A stretch of 64,000 nucleotides of DNA. It comes from Bacteroidales bacterium. GTDB taxonomy: Bacteria; Bacteroidota; Bacteroidia; Bacteroidales; WCHB1-69. Below, piece after piece: positions 49,913 to 59,120 of the stretch. Made by a program: the position numbers and the translations under genes. The notes beneath the pieces are model-generated. The model saw only the letters and a list, made by a program, of their open reading frames with translations. It had not been told where the DNA came from and made no database searches. Positions within the stretch are counted from its first letter, which is position 1, and every line of letters begins with the position of its first letter. The DNA is taken from NCBI GenBank assembly GCA_017615795.1, contig JAFZZK010000029.1:7519-71518 (forward strand), in the 5' to 3' direction.

Positions 49913-50492
49913 GATAGCCATTGCCGATCCGTCTCCCATCGTTATCGCAGGGCTGTCTGCCTTGTTGCGGGAGCTGTCCGACTGTGAGGTGGTTTTGCAG
50001 TCGGACGACATGCACACGGTGGAGACACGCCTGCGCATCCTCCGCCCCGATGTGCTCATCATCAACCCTTTGATGATCGATTTTTCCAAGCGTCGCATGG
50101 TGCGGTCGCAATTCGAGGATCTGCCCGACATGCACTTGGTGGCACTGATCTCCTCATACGTTGAATCGCAGATTCTCAAGCAGTTCCATGGCGTTATAGA
50201 GCTCAATGACGACATGCAGCGCATCAAGTCCACATTGCAGCAGGTAAGTGTTAAGCAGACTGGTGATGCAGAGATGGATTCTTCTATGTTGTCCGACCGT
50301 GAAAAAGATGTGCTGATCTGCCTTGCCAAGGGCCAAAAGAACAACGAGATTGCGGAAAATCTCCACATATCCACCCATACGGTTATCACGCATCGCAAGA
50401 ATATTGTCCGGAAGACGGGCATCAAGTCCGTGTCAGCCCTTACCGTGTATGCGATTCTTAACAACCTTCTGGAACAGAAGGATATTATTTAG
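49899..50492 (+). CDS. LuxR-type HTH regulator with degenerate receiver domain
   Basis: LSDREKDVL...GQKNNEIA..L.ISTHTVITHRKNI. Confidence 0.88.
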   Translation: MKANKIAIADPSPIVIAGLSALLRELSDCEVVLQSDDMHTVETRLRILRPDVLIINPLMIDFSKRRMVRSQFEDLPDMHLVALISSYVESQILKQFHGVIELNDDMQRIKSTLQQVSVKQTGDAEMDSSMLSDREKDVLICLAKGQKNNEIAENLHISTHTVITHRKNIVRKTGIKSVSALTVYAILNNLLEQKDII

Positions 50493-50510
50493 AAATAACT
50501 TTTTAAGGCA

Positions 50511-50541
50511 AAAAAAAGGTGTCCAAACGGACACCCCTTTT
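50511..50541. terminator. Bidirectional terminator
   Basis: A7-GGTGTCC-AAAC-GGACACC-CCTTTT between convergent genes. Confidence 0.7.
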
Positions 50542-50546
50542 GTGTG

Positions 50547-50966
50547 TTACTTCTGTGGCCGAAGTTTGGACTCGCGGGTCCAGTCAACGGTCATTCCGAA
50601 CAGCGACACGCCCAAATAACCGCGCATTTTGAGGGTCTTGCCGTAGTTTACCAACCGGATGTAGGTCTTGTAGGTGCCCTTTTTGCCGGGATATTTCAGC
50701 TTGCCGTTCTGGTATTCGTTGTCTTTGGCGTTGTAGGTCAGGCCGGTCATGAAGACGAGCCCGAGTTGGTTTTTCTTTTTGGGGTTCTCCACCCAAACCA
50801 CCTTGGCCTCGTAAGTGCCGTCGGCGGCCTTGTAGATTTCGCATTGGGAACCCTCTTTGGAGAAGGGGTCCACGGAGTGGAAAATGCCGCAAATATCATC
50901 CGCATTTTGAGCGGACAAAGAGAAGCCCAGCAGGGCGATGAACAGGGTGATCAAAGTCTTTTTCAT
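50547..50966 (-). CDS. DUF2147 family exported protein
   Basis: Signal peptide; EIYK, GK..YP..GTY and LKMRGYLG.SLFG.T..WTR patterns. Confidence 0.8.
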   Translation of the reverse strand: MKKTLITLFIALLGFSLSAQNADDICGIFHSVDPFSKEGSQCEIYKAADGTYEAKVVWVENPKKKNQLGLVFMTGLTYNAKDNEYQNGKLKYPGKKGTYKTYIRLVNYGKTLKMRGYLGVSLFGMTVDWTRESKLRPQK

Positions 50967-50998
50967 AGTGGTATTTTTCTATGTCAACAGATTATGGT

Positions 50999-52405
50999 TT
51001 ATTCCTCGGGGGCGAACAATGGGTCCCAAGGCGGGAGATAGATGGGCGTTTGGTCGAAAAGTTTAAGGGTGGCGGCGGGGATGTATTTGGACTCCACCAC
51101 CAAACGGAACATGTATTCGTTGAACCACTCGTTGGTCATGATGAGGAAGCCGTTGTGGCCGTATTTGCTGCCCCAGCTGTTCTCGACCATCCACTTGAGC
51201 GGTCTGCCATCCTTGTCGAGATCGACGGCGCAGAGCGTCATAGCGTGTGTGGAGCCGCTGGCGTACGTGGCGATGCGCTGGCGCTTGTCCATGTTGAACG
51301 AGGTGCCGAAAAGGGAACCGTAGTCGTAGTTGTTGATGTCCATGTAGCCGGTCTCGCGGTCGAGGAACTTGCCCACGTCGCAGGAGAAATACATGTTGGT
51401 GCTGTCCTTGATGGAGGCGATGGCCATGTCGGCGATGTCGCTCATCGGCAGGTTGAGGTAGCGCCAGTTCTGGCCGTCATAGACGTGCCGGTCGTACTGG
51501 ATCTCATATACGCGGTAGTACTCGCGGGTGGGGTCGTTCATCACCATGTAGTACTTGCTGAAATCCTCGTTGGCGAACTTGGCGGCGAACGACTTCGGGG
51601 TATACTTGTCGGTGCTGACGATTTCGCCCTTGGCGTTGCGCTGTGTCCAGGTAAATTCGGTGGGAGGCTCGCCCAAGGAGAACACTAACATCTTGTAGAT
51701 GACCTTCAGCATCTCCATCTTCTTGTCCTGCAGCATTTTTTCGGTGGTGCTTTTGTTGTTGGCCATTTCCCGCAAAATCAGTCCGTCTTCGCGTAGACGA
51801 AGCTTGATGAGCGACGACATCTGCGAGGTGTGGTTGCTGCTGTAGGTCTCTGGCATAGCCTCTTTGGGCATAATGCCGTACTTGGTGACCAAGTTGGCCA
51901 CACCTGTAAACTGGCCGCCGTCGCCAATCGGGTTTTGGAAGAGCCATTTCACGGTCTCGTCTTCCATCGATTTGGCGCGGTTGTCGAGGATGGACTGCAG
52001 GAAGAGGTTCGCCTTCTCCAGTTGGTCCCAGAAAAAGGTATAGCACTGCGAGAACTGGAAGTCGGAGGGCAGGTCATATTGGGCGATGGCCTTGGCGCGG
52101 AGCACGTTCATGCCCGTGAACATCCAGCATCGGCCGGACGAGGCCTGGTCTGTAATGGCCTTGGAGGGCACTTGGTTGGAGAAATGGGCGTCGAATGCGG
52201 TGTTGTTGTCGTAGTTTTTGGCCAACTTGTTGATGTCGTTGGCCACCACTGCGTTGCGGAGAGCCTTTTCAACACCAGTGCCCTTGTAGGAGTTCTGCAA
52301 GGTGGCGATTTGGTCGGAGGACAATCCGCCATTTTGGCTGATGTTCTGTCCGAAGACAAAGGACAGGCAGCCGACGGCTAAGGTTAGGAGGAATAATTTT
52401 TTCAT
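50999..52405 (-). CDS. pepC: C1B aminopeptidase C (bleomycin hydrolase family), exported
   Basis: QASSGRCW, THAM, VENSWG and PWDP motifs; signal peptide. Confidence 0.92.
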   Translation of the reverse strand: MKKLFLLTLAVGCLSFVFGQNISQNGGLSSDQIATLQNSYKGTGVEKALRNAVVANDINKLAKNYDNNTAFDAHFSNQVPSKAITDQASSGRCWMFTGMNVLRAKAIAQYDLPSDFQFSQCYTFFWDQLEKANLFLQSILDNRAKSMEDETVKWLFQNPIGDGGQFTGVANLVTKYGIMPKEAMPETYSSNHTSQMSSLIKLRLREDGLILREMANNKSTTEKMLQDKKMEMLKVIYKMLVFSLGEPPTEFTWTQRNAKGEIVSTDKYTPKSFAAKFANEDFSKYYMVMNDPTREYYRVYEIQYDRHVYDGQNWRYLNLPMSDIADMAIASIKDSTNMYFSCDVGKFLDRETGYMDINNYDYGSLFGTSFNMDKRQRIATYASGSTHAMTLCAVDLDKDGRPLKWMVENSWGSKYGHNGFLIMTNEWFNEYMFRLVVESKYIPAATLKLFDQTPIYLPPWDPLFAPEE

Positions 52406-52456
52406 TGGATATTAAGTGTTTAAATTATGCTTGTTATGGTTTGAGGATGTGTTGCC

Positions 52457-53257
52457 TTACATGGGTTTGATTTTGCGGGCGAGTTTGGCGCAGAGGTTGG
52501 GGAAGAAGCGTTTGATGTGGGCCATGATCAGTTCGGAGCTGCCCACCAGTTGTTCGCGTTTCTCCTTGGCGATGGCCTTGAAGATGATGTGCGATGCCTT
52601 CTCGGGCGTGATGCCGCCGGCCTGTCCCGCGTCCATCTTGCCGTGCTTGCGTCCGTCCTTCTCCAGCGAGTTGACGGAGATGTTGGTCTGCACGCGCCCG
52701 GGGGTGAGGATGGTCACCCGGATGTTGTCCTTGTGGTTCTCTGCCGCCACGGTCTCGAAGAAGCCGTAGAGGGCGTGCTTCGCCGACGAGTAGGCGCAGC
52801 GCAACGGGAACCCGAAGAGTCCGGCGATGCTGGTGGTGACGGCCAGCTGTCCGCCGCCCTGCGCGATCATCTTGGGCAGGATAGCCTTGGTGAGGATGAC
52901 AGGCGCATAGAAGTCGATGTCCATCACCTTGCGGATGACCGCCATGTCAGTTTCCACGGTGGTGCCGCGCTGGCTGATGCCGGCATTGTTGTAAAAGAGA
53001 TCGATGCGTCCGTAGGTGTTCCAGGCATCCTCTGCGAGTTGCGGCAGCGCATCGGTTCGCGAGAGGTCGAAGGGGAGGTTGGTTACCGCCTCGGCGCCAC
53101 GCCGCAGACACTCCTCGCGGACCTGCTCCAAGAGATCAGGCTCCAGCGCTGTGAGAACCAGCCGCGCACCTGCTTCCGCGAAACGGAAGGCGGTCTCCTT
53201 GCCGATGCCGGAGGAGGTGCCCGTGATCCATATCACTTTTTTCGTATAGTCATTCAT
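52457..53257 (-). CDS. SDR oxidoreductase (DHRS7-like)
   Basis: WITGTSSGIG, NNAGISQR and YSSAK motifs; start MNDYTKK. Confidence 0.88.
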   Translation of the reverse strand: MNDYTKKVIWITGTSSGIGKETAFRFAEAGARLVLTALEPDLLEQVREECLRRGAEAVTNLPFDLSRTDALPQLAEDAWNTYGRIDLFYNNAGISQRGTTVETDMAVIRKVMDIDFYAPVILTKAILPKMIAQGGGQLAVTTSIAGLFGFPLRCAYSSAKHALYGFFETVAAENHKDNIRVTILTPGRVQTNISVNSLEKDGRKHGKMDAGQAGGITPEKASHIIFKAIAKEKREQLVGSSELIMAHIKRFFPNLCAKLARKIKPM

Positions 53258-53334
53258 AATCAATTCTTCTCCCTTGTTTGGGACAATTTGTGTTATCGGC
53301 GGCAAAGGTACATAAATTATGAATACATGGACAA

Positions 53335-53535
53335 ATGTTTTCGGAGCGGCAGCAGGCCAACGACCTCTTCCAGGGGATGCTCATCCGTCTGTGGAAAGGC
53401 TTTGGCAGCTTCGAGGGCCGCAGCTCGGAGAAGACATTCTTTATCTGGCTTCTTTTGCGTCTCTTTGATCTACTCTTTTGGTATATCCTTCTCTTAGCCA
53501 TAGGCATTCCTGTCCGTCGTATCGCTAAGAGGTAA
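53335..53535 (+). pseudogene. ECF sigma factor region-2 remnant fused to a hydrophobic fragment
   Basis: MFS...NDLFQ.MLI.LWKGF.SFEGRSS.KT resembles Bacteroidales ECF sigma region 2; no region 4 follows. Confidence 0.6.
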
Positions 53536-53589
53536 TGGTTTCATGATAATTCACCCTGCCATGTGGTGGGGCGAACTTGAAGAAACGCC

Positions 53590-54138
53590 TTATTGGAAGG
53601 TGTAGCGCACCCCGAGGTTTACCAATCCCCAGTCGAAGGTGTGGTTGACGGTGATCTCATGGTTGAATTGGAAACGGTAGCCCGGACGGAAGTCTATCTG
53701 TAGGGCGAGGGGGATGCCGAATTTGTATTCCAAGCCGATGATGCCGTGGGCTCCGCTTTTGCCCATGATGTTCTTGATCTGCATCTCTGGTGAGGATGGG
53801 ATGTAATATGACACTGACGGATGCCAGCTGAACCCGAGGCTGACGCCCCCTCCCACAAAGCCGTACAGGCCTTTTACAAAGTGCCCCTCATACACGAGGC
53901 TTGCGGCGAGTTCGGTTGTCCACAGCGTGGAGCCGTAGCCTGCGATGATGCTGTAGTTGTACTTGGTGCCCAAGTCGAGCTGGATGGCGAAGTGGTCGGT
54001 GGGAAAGGTCTTGTAGGAGAGTGCCTGCATGGATCCGACCGTCGCGCCGATGCCGTGCCTGTAGGGGGACTGAGCGTTGGCTTTAAACACTATGGCAGCC
54101 ATAATGGCAAGAAGTGCAATAAAACTGTGTTTCGTCAT
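53590..54138 (-). CDS. Small outer-membrane beta-barrel protein
   Basis: Signal peptide; GLEYKF, DFRP and terminal LGVRYTF. Confidence 0.75.
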   Translation of the reverse strand: MTKHSFIALLAIMAAIVFKANAQSPYRHGIGATVGSMQALSYKTFPTDHFAIQLDLGTKYNYSIIAGYGSTLWTTELAASLVYEGHFVKGLYGFVGGGVSLGFSWHPSVSYYIPSSPEMQIKNIMGKSGAHGIIGLEYKFGIPLALQIDFRPGYRFQFNHEITVNHTFDWGLVNLGVRYTFQ

Positions 54139-54187
54139 GTTGTTTTTTATGTTTTCTTGAAATTGTATAACCTAAATGTGTCCCATG

Positions 54188-54225
54188 AAAAACAAGCGGC
54201 TTGCCGAATAGCAGCCCGCTTTGTT
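54188..54225 (-). terminator. Probable terminator
   Basis: ACAAGCGG...CCGCTTTGT imperfect stem with a U-tract on the minus strand. Confidence 0.5.
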
Positions 54226-54265
54226 GGAAATGGAATGACAGTTGCCGTGGCTTGTGGACGTGCAA

Positions 54266-55495
54266 CTAAATTTCGTCTATCATTTTCTTGAAAAACGTGG
54301 CCCTTGCGGCGCCTTCGCCCGTGTTGAGAAGGACGGTCTCGCCGTTGTGGATCTGCCCCTCTTCCAGTGCTTTGTAGAATCCGGCGAAGCAGACGATGGA
54401 GGCGGGTCCGAGATAGATGCCGCGCTCGTTCTTGACGATCTTGCCGTATTGGGCCAGTTCGCTCTCTTTCACCTGCAGAAAGGTGCCGCCGCTCTTGCGC
54501 ACGATGGGCGCCACGATGGGATACATGCCCGGGTTGCCGGCGGAGAGGATGGACACCATGGTCTGGGGGTTCGGAATGACGGGGTAGTCCTTCTCATAAC
54601 CCTCCGGGAATCCGGCGGCCACAGCTTTGTTCCAGCCCTGCACCATCGGGTCGCAAGTGTCCTGCTGGATCAGCAACATGCGGGGCAGCTTTGTGTCGGG
54701 GAAGGTGGTCTGCATATCGCGCACGCCCTTGTCGAGGGCGATGGGGCCTGTGCCGCCCGCGACGGCCTGCACATATACGTCGGGCATCTTGCCCAATTGG
54801 CGCAGGTACTCGAATACCATTGTCTTCTTGGCCTCCACGCGGATGGGGTCGATGTTGCCGGCGGAGATGAGCACGTGGTTCTTCTGGTGGAAGTCGGAGG
54901 CCTCCTTCTTGGCGTCACCATAGTTGCCCTCGCATACGACCACGTTCTGGCCGTAGGAGCGGATGGCCTTGACGGTGTCCTCACACGCGTCGTGAGGCAT
55001 GAAGACCGTGAACTTGATGCCAGCTTCGGCAAGATAGCGGGCGTAGGCCGTGGCCGTGTTGCCCGTGGAGGCAACACAGAACTCCTTCACGCCGTTCTCC
55101 TTGAAGAGGGAGGCAGCCAACGATGCGGCAATGTCCTTGAATGTGTTGCTGCCGCCGTTCAGGTCGTTGCGGTAGACCATCACCCGACAGTCGATGCCAT
55201 ATTTTTCTTTTGCCAACTTCTCTAGGAAATCCCACTCCTCGATTGGAATGGCACCCTCTCCGAAGGAGACGATGTTCTTCTCGTCCATCACAGGCAGGAA
55301 GTCAAAATAATGGTAGAAATTGGCCGGTTTGTGCTCGGGCTTGGTCAGCTCGGTGATTTTGTGATAGTCGGCGGAATAGACCACTTCGGCGCGTTTGCAG
55401 CCGCAGGGACACTCCTGGTTCATCTCAAACCAAGTGGCAAAGTCATCAATGACCTTGCCGCATTTCGTGCATACGAGTTTATATTTATTATTCAT
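54266..55495 (-). CDS. PLP fold-type II enzyme, threonine/cysteate synthase-like
   Basis: N-terminal CTKC...CPCGC; SFGEG; TFKD; ASTGNT; EAKKT; AGGTG; LNTG. Confidence 0.8.
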   Translation of the reverse strand: MNNKYKLVCTKCGKVIDDFATWFEMNQECPCGCKRAEVVYSADYHKITELTKPEHKPANFYHYFDFLPVMDEKNIVSFGEGAIPIEEWDFLEKLAKEKYGIDCRVMVYRNDLNGGSNTFKDIAASLAASLFKENGVKEFCVASTGNTATAYARYLAEAGIKFTVFMPHDACEDTVKAIRSYGQNVVVCEGNYGDAKKEASDFHQKNHVLISAGNIDPIRVEAKKTMVFEYLRQLGKMPDVYVQAVAGGTGPIALDKGVRDMQTTFPDTKLPRMLLIQQDTCDPMVQGWNKAVAAGFPEGYEKDYPVIPNPQTMVSILSAGNPGMYPIVAPIVRKSGGTFLQVKESELAQYGKIVKNERGIYLGPASIVCFAGFYKALEEGQIHNGETVLLNTGEGAARATFFKKMIDEI

Positions 55496-55570
55496 TTTAA
55501 GAATGGTTTTGTCATTAGAAAAATCGGGTGGCCGATATAGCCCGCAAAGATACATTTTTTGCGGGAAACA

Positions 55571-58500
55571 TTATGGGTTGTTTGTACAGAAGGCCTCCAT
55601 TTTTTGCATCCAGTGCAGAGCGGCCTTGATGGTAGGGATGTGGTGGATGATGAGGAGAAGTTTATGGTTGACCTCTTTGAGCTGGATGGCGGGGTGGTTG
55701 GCTTGCAGGAAGGCCAATACGCGTCCGAACTCGTCGGATTGGAAATAGCGGGAGGCAGCGCTGCCCGAGAAATAGCCGGTGAGGGTCTGTTTTTTGAGCA
55801 GGATTTTTTCAAAATGGAGTCTCGCCGCCGTCAGACGTAGCGGAATGGTCTGCATCAGCTCCACGGTCTGGGCGGGCATGGGGCCGAAGATGTCGGTGAC
55901 TTTCTTGCGGAACTTGTCGAGCTGGATGAGGTCGCGGATGGCTTGTAATTCCTTATAGAGACTCATGCGTTCGCTGACGTTGCTGACGTAGTCGGTGGGG
56001 AAGAGGGCCTCGATGTCGGTCTCCAAGATGCACTCGCGGGTAAGGATGGCCGAGTTGTCAGCCATCTCGACCTCGTCGTAGTCGGCATACTGCATCTCCT
56101 GGATGGCTTCGGAGAGGATTTTCTGGTACATCTCGTAGCCGATCTCGTTGATGAAGCCGCTCTGGTCGGCGCCGAGGATGTTGCCGGCACCGCGGATGTC
56201 GAGGTCGCGGAGGGCGATCTGGAGGCCGCTGCCGATGTCGGAGAAGTCCTCGATGGCTTGCAGACGGCGCCGCGCCTGGTCGTTGAGCACTTCGAAGGGC
56301 TTGGTGAAGAGATAGCAGAAGGCCTTTTGGTTGTTGCGTCCCACGCGCCCGCGTAGCTGGTGCAGTACGTTGAGTGCGAAATTCTGGGCGTCGTTGATGA
56401 CCATCGTGTTGGCGTTCACGATGTCGAGACCGGATTCGACGATGGTGGTGGAGACCAGCACGTCGGTCTGGTGGTCGATGAAGTCGGTCATGATGCGCTC
56501 TAACTCCGCGCCCTCCATTTGCCCATGTCCCACGGCGATGCGTGCTTGCGGCACAAGGCGCTGGATGAGGCCCGCCAGCTCTGCGATGTTCTGGATTTTG
56601 TTGTGGACCACGAACACTTGTCCCCCGCGGTTCAACTCAAACTGAACGGCTTGCCGGAGGATGTCCTCGTCGAACACGTGGACCTCGGTCTGGATGGGTT
56701 GCCGGTTGGGCGGCGGGGTGGTGATGACGGAGATGTCGCGCGCCCCCATCAGGGAGAACTGCAGGGTGCGCGGAATGGGTGTGGCCGACATGGTCAGTGT
56801 GTCCACACTGACGCGCAACTCACGCAACTTCTCTTTGGCCGCCACGCCGAACTTTTGTTCCTCATCGATGATGAGAAGTCCCAAATCTTTGAAGACCACA
56901 TCTTTGCTTAGCAGTCGGTGGGTGCCAATGAGAATGTCGATGCGACCGTCCTTGAGCCGCTTCAGGATTTCGCGAATTTGCTTGGATGTCTTGAAACGGT
57001 TGACGTACTCGACGGTGCAGGGCATTTCGGCCAAACGGTCGGTGAAGGTGGTGTAGTGCTGCAGGGCCAAGACCGTGGTGGGTACCAGCACGGCGACCTG
57101 CTTGTTGTCGCAGACAGCCTTGAAGGCGGCGCGGATGGCGATTTCGGTCTTGCCGAAACCCACGTCGCCGCAGATGAGGCGGTCCATGGGATGCTCGCTC
57201 TCCATGTCGGCTTTTACGTCAGCGAGGGTCTTCACCTGGTCGGGGGTGTCCTCGTAGATGAAGGAGGCTTCCAACTCGGCTTGCATGAAGTTGTCGGGCG
57301 AGAAGGCGAAGCCCTTGCGGGCTTTGCGTTGCGAATATAGCTTGATGAGGTCGATGGCCAGCTCCTTGACGCGCTTCTTGGTGCGCTCCTTGAGCTTGTC
57401 CCAAGAGCCGGAACCGATGCTGTGCAGAGTGGGAGGGGTGCCCTCCTTGCCGACATACTTGCTGATTTTATAGAGCGAATGGATGCTCATGTCGAGTATG
57501 GCCCCGTCCTTGTACATCAATCGGATGGCCTCTTGCGTGGCACCGTTCATCTCGGTCTTGACCAGTCCTTGGTATATGCCCACGCCGTGGTCGATATGAA
57601 CCACGTAGTCGCCGGGTTGCAGGTCGTAGATCTCTTTCAGGGTGAAAGCCTCGCTCTTCTTGTAACGGTCGCGGATGACCACGCGCTCGTTTTTTTCGAA
57701 GAACTGATGGTCGGTGTAGAGTGCCCATTTGCGCTGCTCGTCGCGGAAACCCTCGTGCAGGATGCCCCGCACGGGCGTGTAAAGCTGCTCTAATGTCAGG
57801 GATGCCTCGTTGTGACGGTTGTACTTGCCTACCAGGTCGACCATCACCTTTTCCATACGTTCCAGCTGCGATTGGTTCTCGGAGAGGAACAGCGAGTGGA
57901 TTCCCTTCTCAAAGTTGTCGATCCACTCAAGCAGAAGGTAGTCGAAACTGCGTCCGAAATGGTTCTGTGGCTTGATGTTGAAGTCGAGGATTAGGTCAGG
58001 GTTGGCCACATCGCCGGTCTCAATCAGGCATCGGGTGCGTTGGGCCGCCTCCTTGTCGAAGTCGCGGCGTCGGATGAAAAGGTCGTCAACTTGCAAGGTG
58101 CTGTCGGAAGCGGGCGTGGATTGGTATTCCTCATCCACCTTGCGGTAGAGAGCTGCGATTTGCGAGCCGATGTCGCGTGGATGCTCTAACCACAGCACAG
58201 TGTCGGCCGGCAGGAACTCTAACAGCGGTATGCGCTTCTCCTCGATTTGATGGGAGACGATTTTGGGCATGATGTGAATGCTCTCCTCGTCGCGGATGGA
58301 AAGCTGCGACTCGGGGTCGAAGAAGCGGATGGACTCGATGCGGTCGCCATCCAGTTCGATGCGATAGGGGTATTCTTCCGAAAAGGAGAAAATATCGAAG
58401 ATGCTGCCGCGCCAGGCGAACTGGCCAGGCTCAAAGACAAAGTCTTCTTGTAGATACTCAAATTGATAGAGGTAGTCGAGAAAGGTGTCGGCGGAAATCT

Positions 58501-58975
58501 CCTCTCCACATCGGATGGTGAAGGAGTGCTGGCTGATGAATTGTTGTGTGAGCACCTTCTCGGCCACGGCTTCGGGGTAGCTGACGATGCAGTAGGGAGT
58601 GTCGGGGTGGTTGGCGAGTTTGTTTACGATTTCGGAACGTAGCTTGACGTTGGAGTTGTCAATCTCATCGGTGGAATGGGCGCGCTTGTAGGAGGCGGGC
58701 AGATAGTGAACCCGCTTGTTGGGCAACGGCACTTTCTGGTCATGTAACAACTTCTCGAGGTCATTGTAGAAAAATGCGGCCTTTTCACGGTCGGAGAGCA
58801 CGAAAAGTTGTGTGGATGGGGCACTGTCCGCAAGTTTGGAGGCCAATAAAGCATACGAGGAGCCTGTCAGACCATCGAGTTTGAGGGTCCTGACATCTCC
58901 TTTCCCGCTCAGCAGCGGTGCGATTTGCGCCACTTCCGCCTTGTAGAAGCGCGCTTGGATTTCTTCAATCGTCAT
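55571..58975 (-). CDS. mfd: Transcription-repair coupling factor
   Basis: VVHIDHGVG, GDVGFGKT, DEEQ, ATPIPRT and QLRGRVGR motifs; -7 element at 58993-59000. Confidence 0.97.
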   Translation of the reverse strand: MTIEEIQARFYKAEVAQIAPLLSGKGDVRTLKLDGLTGSSYALLASKLADSAPSTQLFVLSDREKAAFFYNDLEKLLHDQKVPLPNKRVHYLPASYKRAHSTDEIDNSNVKLRSEIVNKLANHPDTPYCIVSYPEAVAEKVLTQQFISQHSFTIRCGEEISADTFLDYLYQFEYLQEDFVFEPGQFAWRGSIFDIFSFSEEYPYRIELDGDRIESIRFFDPESQLSIRDEESIHIMPKIVSHQIEEKRIPLLEFLPADTVLWLEHPRDIGSQIAALYRKVDEEYQSTPASDSTLQVDDLFIRRRDFDKEAAQRTRCLIETGDVANPDLILDFNIKPQNHFGRSFDYLLLEWIDNFEKGIHSLFLSENQSQLERMEKVMVDLVGKYNRHNEASLTLEQLYTPVRGILHEGFRDEQRKWALYTDHQFFEKNERVVIRDRYKKSEAFTLKEIYDLQPGDYVVHIDHGVGIYQGLVKTEMNGATQEAIRLMYKDGAILDMSIHSLYKISKYVGKEGTPPTLHSIGSGSWDKLKERTKKRVKELAIDLIKLYSQRKARKGFAFSPDNFMQAELEASFIYEDTPDQVKTLADVKADMESEHPMDRLICGDVGFGKTEIAIRAAFKAVCDNKQVAVLVPTTVLALQHYTTFTDRLAEMPCTVEYVNRFKTSKQIREILKRLKDGRIDILIGTHRLLSKDVVFKDLGLLIIDEEQKFGVAAKEKLRELRVSVDTLTMSATPIPRTLQFSLMGARDISVITTPPPNRQPIQTEVHVFDEDILRQAVQFELNRGGQVFVVHNKIQNIAELAGLIQRLVPQARIAVGHGQMEGAELERIMTDFIDHQTDVLVSTTIVESGLDIVNANTMVINDAQNFALNVLHQLRGRVGRNNQKAFCYLFTKPFEVLNDQARRRLQAIEDFSDIGSGLQIALRDLDIRGAGNILGADQSGFINEIGYEMYQKILSEAIQEMQYADYDEVEMADNSAILTRECILETDIEALFPTDYVSNVSERMSLYKELQAIRDLIQLDKFRKKVTDIFGPMPAQTVELMQTIPLRLTAARLHFEKILLKKQTLTGYFSGSAASRYFQSDEFGRVLAFLQANHPAIQLKEVNHKLLLIIHHIPTIKAALHWMQKMEAFCTNNP

Positions 58976-59120
58976 GGCAAAAAATGAGGGCGCAAAGATA
59001 CTATTTTTTGGCCGTCAGTTTGTGGTGGTATGTCTTCTGCAAGTAAAAAAAAGATGGTGGAAATCCTCTGTTGACCAATGTCTTTTTTTACTATTTTTGC
59101 CGCTCAAATCATCAATCGCT

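Noticed and set aside
52457-53257. SDR as the 3-ketocapnine reductase
   Set aside because: Generic DHRS7-like SDR with no diagnostic feature; distance from the SulA-like gene gives no support.
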